NCBI RefSeq assembly: GCF_008065095.1
Contig: NZ_CP042911.1
Span: 8,760,001 to 8,792,000, forward strand
Direction: 5' to 3'
Length of the DNA stretch: 32,000 nt
Origin: Gemmata obscuriglobus
Lineage (GTDB): Bacteria; Planctomycetota; Planctomycetia; Gemmatales; Gemmataceae
Both the position numbers and the translations under genes were made by a program. The notes below the pieces were generated by a model. It did no database searches. It was not told where the DNA came from and saw only the letters and a program-made list of their open reading frames with translations. Shown here piece after piece: positions 25,787 through 32,000 of this stretch; the first letter of the stretch is position 1; the number at the start of each line of letters is the position of its first letter.

Positions 25787-26717
25787 AGTTGATCACCCTC
25801 CCGTCGTTGCGGCACCCGAGCCATTTGATCGTGGCCGCTTCGGCGTTGTTGCGGAAGAACCGCACCGACCCGTCCCCGAACCCGAAATAGGCCCCGCCGT
25901 GGTGCCGGCTGCCGAACGCCTGCGGCGCGGTCCCGTTGATCTGGGCCGACGTGTCGTCCAGGTGCCACATGTTGTCGCTGATCCGCACCCCGCACCCGAC
26001 GGCCGGGTCCGGGCTGCAATAGTACCCCGTGTGCCCGGCCCAGATCGCCGCCCACTTCCGCTTGGTCTTCTCCTGCTCGAAGAAGCACTCGCCGATCACC
26101 ACCGTGTTGCTGGTCCCGTCGGTCACGTCGGTGAACGTCACCTTGCTGTTCTGCCACATGATCCCGTTGCGGTCCTCGTTGGCGTAAAAGAACCCGCTGC
26201 TGCCGGTGCCACACACCGCCCGGTAGTTCGACAGGCCGAGCTGCCGGTCGGCCTCTTCGAGCCGGAACGGGTTCTGGTCCGGGGCCGGGTCGGACGGGCA
26301 CCGGAACACGCTCAGCCGGGTCTGGGTCAGCGGGGTCGGGGTGATCGACCCGTAGCCGACCTGGGGGCCGAACGGCACCGCGTCCGGGTTGAGCTGGCGG
26401 TACAGGTTGTCCTGTTCGACGTACGGAAGGACCAGCGTACCCCACCCCCACCCCGGGAACACGTCGCCGGCGGCCTTGGCGTCGTTCTTGATGGCCGGCG
26501 GGTAGTTCCCGATCGCGGACGCGTAGTTGTGCATCCCAAGAATCAACTGCTTCACGTTGTTCGAACACTTCATGCGCGCGGCGGCCTCGCGCACCTTCTG
26601 CACGGCGGGCAGCAACAGCCCGATCAGAATCGCGATGATCGCGATCACCACCAACAGCTCGATCAGTGTGAAACCACGCGGGGTGTGACCGCGTCCGGAA
26701 TGGAACGGGAGCGACAC
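25776..26717 (-). CDS. DUF1559 protein with prepilin-type N-terminal cleavage/methylation domain
   Basis: GTG start at 26717 (GGGAGA upstream): (M)SLPFHSGRGHTPRGFTLIELLVVIAIIAILIGLLLPAVQKVREAAARMKCSNN. C-terminal HHGGAYFGFGDGSVRFF motif. The rest of the 738-aa track ORF is antisense to the J-protein gene. Confidence 0.9.
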   Translation of the reverse strand: MSLPFHSGRGHTPRGFTLIELLVVIAIIAILIGLLLPAVQKVREAAARMKCSNNVKQLILGMHNYASAIGNYPPAIKNDAKAAGDVFPGWGWGTLVLPYVEQDNLYRQLNPDAVPFGPQVGYGSITPTPLTQTRLSVFRCPSDPAPDQNPFRLEEADRQLGLSNYRAVCGTGSSGFFYANEDRNGIMWQNSKVTFTDVTDGTSNTVVIGECFFEQEKTKRKWAAIWAGHTGYYCSPDPAVGCGVRISDNMWHLDDTSAQINGTAPQAFGSRHHGGAYFGFGDGSVRFFRNNAEAATIKWLGCRNDGRVINYDF

Positions 26718-26966
26718 GAGATTCTCCCAGTGGGGCGTTAGTAAAAGGGCCGCGGCTGCGAGTGCCACGGGCGGAGAGGTGAACGAGTGATGAGCGTATC
26801 GCAGTGCCAGCGTTCTTGTCAACAGGTCAGGCGTCAGTTTTTCCCTTCGGACGAACCGGCGCTCGGAATCGCCGGCCGGGGCCGGCGCCTCTAACGTCGC
26901 GAGGGCGCCGCCGGCGCCACTACAATAACGCGCGTACCCTATTTGGCCCCGGAACCGAACACGACC

Positions 26967-27899
26967 ATGCCCCGCGACCCCTACGAAGTGCTCGGCGTCT
27001 CCAAGTCCGCCACCCCGGAGGAGATCAACAAGGCGCACCGGAAGCTGTCGAAGAAGTACCACCCGGACCGCAACCCGGGCGACAAGCAGGCCGACGCGAA
27101 CTACAAGGAGGTTCAGACCGCCCACGACATCCTGGGCGATCCGGACAAGAAAGCGCAATACGACCAGTTCGGGTTCGCCGGCACGCAGTCCGGCTTCCCG
27201 GGCGCGGGCGGCGGGTTCCCCGGCGGCGGCTTTCCGGGCGGTGGGTTTCCGGGCGGCGGGGGGCAGATGGACCCCGAGGCCGCGCAGCGCCTCTTCGACA
27301 TGTTCGGCGGCGGTGCGGGCGGCCCGGACCTGAGCGACCTGTTCGGCGGCGGGCGGCGCAAGACCCGTTCCCGCAGCCGCCCGCGCGCAGAGCCGATCGA
27401 GTCCGACGTGACGATCCCGTTCGACGTGGCCGCCAACGGCGGGAGCGTCGGGCTGGAGTTCGGCGGGCGGCACATCGACGTGAAGGTGCCCGCGGGCATC
27501 GAAGAGGGGAAACGGCTGCGCGTCCCGGCCGACGCGACCGGCGGGCAGGAGGTGCTGCTGCGGGTGAAGATCGCGCCGCACCCGTTCTTCCGGCGCGAGG
27601 GCAACGACTTGTACCTCGACGTGCCGCTCACGATCGCGGAGGCGGTGCTGGGGGCGAAGGTCGACGTTCCGACGCTCGACGGCAGTAAGCTCGCGCTGGT
27701 GACCGTGACCGTGCCCCCCGGCACGTCGAGCGGGCGCAAGCTCCGGCTCCGCGGCAAGGGCGTTGCGGGCGGGGATCAGTACCTCGTCTTCAAGGTCGAG
27801 GTGCCATCCGGTTCGGTGGACGAGAAGAGCCGCGAGCTGATCACGGAGTTCGCGCAACTGAACCCGCAGAGCCCGCGCGCGAACGCCCCGTGGGTGTGA
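26967..27899 (+). CDS. J-domain co-chaperone, class II (CbpA/DnaJ-like, no zinc-finger domain)
   Basis: ATG 26967 (MPRDPYEVLGVSKSATPEEINKAHRKLSKKYHPDRNPGD...). HPD motif, a G/F-rich linker (GFPGGGFPGGGFPGGGG) and a DnaJ C-terminal beta-domain. No CxxCxGxG repeats. Confidence 0.9.
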   Translation: MPRDPYEVLGVSKSATPEEINKAHRKLSKKYHPDRNPGDKQADANYKEVQTAHDILGDPDKKAQYDQFGFAGTQSGFPGAGGGFPGGGFPGGGFPGGGGQMDPEAAQRLFDMFGGGAGGPDLSDLFGGGRRKTRSRSRPRAEPIESDVTIPFDVAANGGSVGLEFGGRHIDVKVPAGIEEGKRLRVPADATGGQEVLLRVKIAPHPFFRREGNDLYLDVPLTIAEAVLGAKVDVPTLDGSKLALVTVTVPPGTSSGRKLRLRGKGVAGGDQYLVFKVEVPSGSVDEKSRELITEFAQLNPQSPRANAPWV

Positions 27900-27957
27900 C
27901 GCGTCCTGTTCGGTGACCCGCCGACGGGTGGAAACAAGGTTCGCAGAGGGGCCGGTC

Positions 27958-28449
27958 GTGCCGTCGTTCAAGTACCCGCAAACGCACCACATGAAGACCC
28001 CGGCGGAGTTCGAGCGGTGCTACACGCGCAAGCGGTCGGCGGCGGACGGGCTGCTGGTGGTGTACGCGTGCGAGAACGGCCTCGCGCACCCGCGGCTGGG
28101 GTGCTCGGTGTCGCGCAAGGTTGGCAACGCGGTGATGCGGAACCGCTACAAGCGGCTGTTCCGCGAGGCGTTCCGGCTGTCGCAGCACGACTTGCCCCAG
28201 GGGGTCGATCTGATCCTCATCCCGCGCCCGGGGCCGTACCCCGAACTGGGGGCGCTGCGGGCGTCACTCGTGAAACAGGCGCGGTACGCGGCCCGGAAGC
28301 TGAGCGAAGGGCCGAGAAGCAACCCACATCCCGGCCCCCGGCCTGAAAAGAAAGGGAGAGACGTTCCCCCCGCAACGGGCTCGCCCGCTGCGGCCGTCGC
28401 TCCCCCACGTCCTGAAGTGAGTGGGGCGGCTCCGGAGGGCGCGCCGTGA
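27958..28449 (+). CDS. rnpA: Ribonuclease P protein component with Pro-rich C-terminal extension
   Basis: Diagnostic RNR motif region VGNAVMRNRYKRLFREAFR, plus LLVVYA, RLGCSVSRK and DLILIPR. The start is probably GTG 27958 (VPSFKYPQ...); GTG 27913 is also open in frame. Confidence 0.82.
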   Translation: MPSFKYPQTHHMKTPAEFERCYTRKRSAADGLLVVYACENGLAHPRLGCSVSRKVGNAVMRNRYKRLFREAFRLSQHDLPQGVDLILIPRPGPYPELGALRASLVKQARYAARKLSEGPRSNPHPGPRPEKKGRDVPPATGSPAAAVAPPRPEVSGAAPEGAP

Positions 28450-28694
28450 GCCAACTCCGCTGGCTGTGGCACGGCCCCGCTCTCGTGCTGGGCGGGCTGA
28501 TGGTGTTCTGCGTCCGCGGATACCAGAAGGTGATTCGGCCGATGCTGCCCCCGATGTGCCGGTTCCACCCGGGGTGCAGCGAGTACTTCATTCTGTCGGT
28601 GAAGAAGCACGGGCCGGTCTACGGGTGCGCCAAGGGCGCGTGGCGCATCTGCCGGTGCAACCCGTGGAACAAAGGCGGGTACGATCCGCCGTGA
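28446..28694 (+). CDS. yidD: Membrane protein insertion efficiency factor YidD
   Basis: YQKVIRPMLPPMCRFHPGCSEYF...HGPVYGCAKGAWRICRCNPW. The GTG start overlaps the rnpA TGA as GTGA. Confidence 0.9.
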   Translation: MSQLRWLWHGPALVLGGLMVFCVRGYQKVIRPMLPPMCRFHPGCSEYFILSVKKHGPVYGCAKGAWRICRCNPWNKGGYDPP

Positions 28695-28701
28695 GCCGGC
28701 G

Positions 28702-29616
28702 TTATTTCTTCCTCCCCTTCTCGTCCCAGTTGGCGCCGATTTCGGCGTCCGTGACCTCCGACTTCACGCCGTCGGCGGGTACATCGAGTTTGCAGATCCA
28801 CAGGAGCGCGTTGAGCACCACCTTGCGGAAGTTGTCGTCCTTCCAGTTGCGGTGGAAGTGCCCGCCGGTGAACCCCACGCCCCGGCCGCCGTCCTTGCGC
28901 TCCAGCGCCCACATCATCGCCTCGGCCCGGCCCTTGGCCTCCTGAATGTGCTTGTACGGGCCGCGCGGGGAGACGTAGGGGCCGTTACGCACCGCGTCAG
29001 AGGGCGCGGCGAACAGGATGGGGGTGACGCCCTTCATGTCGTCCCGGAACCGCATGTTGAAGTACCACTCGTCCTTGATGGTGAACGGCTTCACCCCGTT
29101 CGCGATCGGGTGCTTGGGGAATTCCTTGAACTCCGGCGCCCACATCGGGTTGCACGAGTACAGGCTCTCGTAGTACCCGCCGATCCATTCCTTAAACTCC
29201 GGCCCGCCGAGGTCTTTGGGCACCTCGACGCCATAGTGCGCGCACATCAGCCCCACGCCCTTCGCCATGAGCTTCCCGATCCGCTCCAGGCGCTTCTCAC
29301 GAACGAGGGGGTGGTTGCCGCCGCCATCTGCATAACAGAGGATCGCGTCGGCAGAGTCGAGCGCGGAATCGTCCTTCGGGTAGCCGTTGAGGAACACGAC
29401 CGTTTCTAGACCTTCAACGCCCTGTAGACACTTGTTGAGTAGCCGGACGCCGGCGTTGAACTCGTGATCGCCGGGTCCGTGGCTGGGTGTGCCCGCGATC
29501 AGGACCAGTTTCTTCTTTTTCTCGGCGCCGCTGGCAAACGGAAGGTTAATTCCCCCCGAGCTAACGAGGGCCGTGGCGGCGGTGGCAGTAAGGAACTTGC
29601 GACGGGAGAGTGACAT
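28702..29616 (-). CDS. ThuA-domain (trehalose-utilisation-like, class I glutamine-amidotransferase-like fold) protein with Tat signal
   Basis: MSLSRRKFLTATAATALVSS Tat motif. Further motifs: HGPGDHEF, ILCYADGGGNHP, FTGGHFHRNW, LNALLW. Confidence 0.86.
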   Translation of the reverse strand: MSLSRRKFLTATAATALVSSGGINLPFASGAEKKKKLVLIAGTPSHGPGDHEFNAGVRLLNKCLQGVEGLETVVFLNGYPKDDSALDSADAILCYADGGGNHPLVREKRLERIGKLMAKGVGLMCAHYGVEVPKDLGGPEFKEWIGGYYESLYSCNPMWAPEFKEFPKHPIANGVKPFTIKDEWYFNMRFRDDMKGVTPILFAAPSDAVRNGPYVSPRGPYKHIQEAKGRAEAMMWALERKDGGRGVGFTGGHFHRNWKDDNFRKVVLNALLWICKLDVPADGVKSEVTDAEIGANWDEKGRKK

Positions 29617-29774
29617 CGGCGTGTTGCTCCGAGTAGGTAGGCGAAGAGATTGTGTCGCGCCGGCGGTCCCGTTTCTACCCCCAGGAACGGCGGTCTGACG
29701 TTTTCCCCGTTCGCGTGACGGCGTATCTTTCTGCGAGGCGGCGCAAGTTGTGCGGCGCCGGCGCTTTTCCTGAC

Positions 29775-31970
29775 ATGAGCCAGAGCGTACTCACCTTGAG
29801 CGAACCCGGCTTGACCCCCGTGATGTCCGACGCCGACCAGCAGGCGGCGCGGGAACTCAGCTTGCGCGGGGCGCGGCCCCCGCTGGAGGTGCCGGGGTAC
29901 GAGCAGTTCGCATTCCTGGGCCACGGGGCTTACGGGGAGGTGTGGACCGCGCTGAACCGGAACAGCGGCCGCCGGGTCGCGATCAAGTACTTCACCCGCC
30001 GGGGCTCGCTCGACTGGTCGGCGCTCGCCCGCGAGGTCGAAAAGCTCCGGCACCTGTTCTCCGACCGCTACGTGGTGCAGCTTTTCGAGGTCGGGTGGGA
30101 AGCGGACCCGCCGTACTACGTGATGGAGTACCTGGAGAACGGCTCGCTCGAGGACCACCTCCGCACCCACACGCCGCACGCGCACGAGGCGGCGGCTCTG
30201 TTCCGCGAGATCGCCGTCGGGCTGGTTCATGCACACGACCGGGGCATCCTGCACTGCGACCTGAAGCCCGCCAACGTGCTGCTCGACCACGAGCACCGCC
30301 CCAAGCTCGCGGACTTCGGACAGGCGCGCCGGACGAACGAGACCGCCGCCGCGCTCGGCACGCTGTTTTACATGGCCCCGGAGCAAGCGGACCTGAGCGC
30401 CGTGCCGGACGCCCGGTGGGACGTGTACGCCCTCGGCGCGCTCGTGTACCGGGTGCTGGTCGGCGAACCGCCGCACCGGGGCGACCCGGCCGCAACCGCC
30501 ACGCTCACGGGCACGCTCGACTCGCAGCTCGCGGCGTACCGGAAGCTGATCCTCGCGGCCCCGAAGCCGTCCGCCCACTACGCCGTACCCGGAGTCGATA
30601 AGGGTCTGGCCGCGATCATCGACCGCTGCCTGGAACCCAACCCGAGCAAGCGGTTTCCGAACCCGCAAGCGGTGCTCGCTGCCATTGATGTGTGGAACAT
30701 CCAGCGCGTGCGCCGGCCGCTTCTGTGGGTCACCGGCGTGACGTTCGCGCTGCTGTTTCTGTTGATGGGGCTGCTCGGGCAGTACCTGTTCCGCACCACG
30801 GTGAACACGGCCGCGCAAGGGGTCGAGAGCCGCGCGCTGGAAGCCAACAAGTTCGCCGCGCAGACGGAAGCCCGGCAACTCGCGGCGCAGATCCAGTTGC
30901 GGTGGGTGCAGCTCGACGCCGCGGCCCGTAACGCCCAGGTGCGCGAGTTGCTCGCGAAGGGCGAGCGGCTGCGAGACGACCCCGAAGCGGCCCGCACCCT
31001 CGATCGCCTTTTGGGCGAGCGAAAGGAGCGAGGCGACCGGCAGTTCGCGCCCGGAGACAAGGCGGCCATCTGGTTCGCGGACGACGCCAACGGGTTCCAG
31101 CGCGCCGCATGGCCGCCGGCCGACGCCGCCCGACACAAGTACCGCGGCTACCGGGATTACTTCCACGGCCGGGGCGAGCGTCCCGAGGGCACCCCCGTTC
31201 CCGGGATCATCGCCCGCCCGCACCGGTCGGTCGCGTACCGGCGTAAGGTCGAAGGCGGCGAGGATGTGTGGTCGGTCGCGTTCACGGTCCCGGTGTTCGC
31301 TGACGGGCCGGATTCGAAGCCGATCGGCGTGGTCGGCATGACGCTCGACCTCGCGGACGCCGCCCCCGAGCGCACGGACCGGTTCGCGGTGCTGATCGAC
31401 ACCCGGCCGGACGTCCGGAGCGGGCACCGCGGGCTGATCCTCCGGCACCCCTACTGGGCGACAACGCAGGGGAACAGCAACCCGCCGCTGTACTACGCGG
31501 ACGCGGTCGTGAAGTGGGGCGACGCGCTCGGCGCGGGTGACGATTCGCGGGCCTTCGCCGATTCGGAGTTCACCGATCCCGTTTCCGAAGGCTGGCCGGA
31601 GTACCGGGGGACATGGCTGGCGTCCGCGAACCGGGTGCGCGTCGGCCCCGACAAGGTGGACACCGGCTGGGTGGTACTCGTGCAGGAGAGACGCGACGAG
31701 GTCCTTCAGCCGGTGCGCGAGATGCAGTGGCGGCTCGGGTTCGTGGGGCTGGTCGCCGGCGTCGCGGTGCTGGGGCTGGTGACGCTCATGTGGACCGGAA
31801 TGATGATGGTGATGGACACGTCATCGCGGTCGCCGGTGACGCGACTGCTGCGGCGCTGGGCGGGGCTGCCGACGAGCGGAACGAGCACGACCGGCACCAC
31901 CGCGAGCGGGCTGGCCGGTGCCGGCACCGCCCGCGGCAGCACAACGCCCACCCCCGGCGCTGGGTCGTGA
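29775..31970 (+). CDS. Membrane Ser/Thr protein kinase (Hanks-type, non-RD) with about 330-aa extracytoplasmic sensor-like domain between two TM helices
   Basis: ATG 29775. Kinase motifs: GHGAYGEV, VAIKYF, HCDLKPANVLL, LADFGQA, FYMAPEQ. TM1 is LLWVTGVTFALLFLLMGLLGQYLF and TM2 is LGFVGLVAGVAVLGLVTLMWTGMMMV, followed by an S/T/G-rich tail. Confidence 0.9.
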   Translation: MSQSVLTLSEPGLTPVMSDADQQAARELSLRGARPPLEVPGYEQFAFLGHGAYGEVWTALNRNSGRRVAIKYFTRRGSLDWSALAREVEKLRHLFSDRYVVQLFEVGWEADPPYYVMEYLENGSLEDHLRTHTPHAHEAAALFREIAVGLVHAHDRGILHCDLKPANVLLDHEHRPKLADFGQARRTNETAAALGTLFYMAPEQADLSAVPDARWDVYALGALVYRVLVGEPPHRGDPAATATLTGTLDSQLAAYRKLILAAPKPSAHYAVPGVDKGLAAIIDRCLEPNPSKRFPNPQAVLAAIDVWNIQRVRRPLLWVTGVTFALLFLLMGLLGQYLFRTTVNTAAQGVESRALEANKFAAQTEARQLAAQIQLRWVQLDAAARNAQVRELLAKGERLRDDPEAARTLDRLLGERKERGDRQFAPGDKAAIWFADDANGFQRAAWPPADAARHKYRGYRDYFHGRGERPEGTPVPGIIARPHRSVAYRRKVEGGEDVWSVAFTVPVFADGPDSKPIGVVGMTLDLADAAPERTDRFAVLIDTRPDVRSGHRGLILRHPYWATTQGNSNPPLYYADAVVKWGDALGAGDDSRAFADSEFTDPVSEGWPEYRGTWLASANRVRVGPDKVDTGWVVLVQERRDEVLQPVREMQWRLGFVGLVAGVAVLGLVTLMWTGMMMVMDTSSRSPVTRLLRRWAGLPTSGTSTTGTTASGLAGAGTARGSTTPTPGAGS

Positions 31971-32000
31971 TGCCCGAAGGCGTGCGCTCGTAATTGCTTA

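Noticed and set aside
26718-26966. Possible CIRCE (HrcA) heat-shock operator upstream of the J-protein gene (TTAGTAAAA...GAGTGCCAC)
   Set aside because: Only TTAG and GAGTGC match the TTAGCACTC-N9-GAGTGCTAA consensus. The spacing is 13 rather than 9, and the arms are not complementary.
1-32000. CRISPR arrays, IS elements, integrases, prophage or defence-system genes
   Set aside because: I saw no regularly spaced direct repeats and no transposase, recombinase, reverse-transcriptase, nuclease-helicase or ATPase-type motifs in any supported CDS.

Overview
High-GC (by eye roughly 65-72%) bacterial chromosomal DNA. The gene families point to a Gemmata-like planctomycete: a DUF1559 prepilin-type protein, a Tat-signal DUF1501 protein, DUF4058, a ThuA-like protein, a membrane Ser/Thr kinase and many orphan secreted proteins. 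I support about 30 CDS and found no rRNA, tRNA, tmRNA, RNase P RNA, CRISPR array, transposase or integrase. Gene order: a giant unknown protein (-, truncated at the left edge and absent from the supplied ORF track); sensor histidine kinase (+); class I/II aminotransferase (+); an arsR-arsC-ACR3 operon (-) with a readable promoter and operator; secreted alpha/beta hydrolase (+); a 0.7 kb AT-richer gap; DUF5684 (+); DUF1501 (+). Next comes a minus-strand string, FkbM methyltransferase - nuoD - small secreted ORF - anchored secreted protein. It is separated from nuoC and a CheY-like receiver (-) by an SGNH hydrolase (+), a hairpin-dense 0.6 kb spacer and a beta-helix protein (+). Then follow DUF4058 (+); Ntn asparaginase (+); zinc-ribbon membrane protein (+); long YkgJ/CxxCxxCC protein (+); WD40 protein (-); DUF1559 plus a mini-ORF (-); J-domain protein - rnpA - yidD (+); ThuA-like (-); Ser/Thr kinase (+). 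Many very long ORFs in the track (for example 243..4508+, 20049..22880-, 13934..15958+) are out-of-frame or antisense shadow ORFs typical of high-GC DNA. I see no recognisable defence, mobile or biosynthetic system. The items most worth a second look are the unlisted giant ORF, the dispersed nuoC/nuoD with a methyltransferase and coupled secreted ORFs, the two unexplained intergenic regions (10045-10779 and 16679-17265), and the zinc-ribbon/YkgJ pair. All homology calls come from motif recognition by eye and none from a database search.
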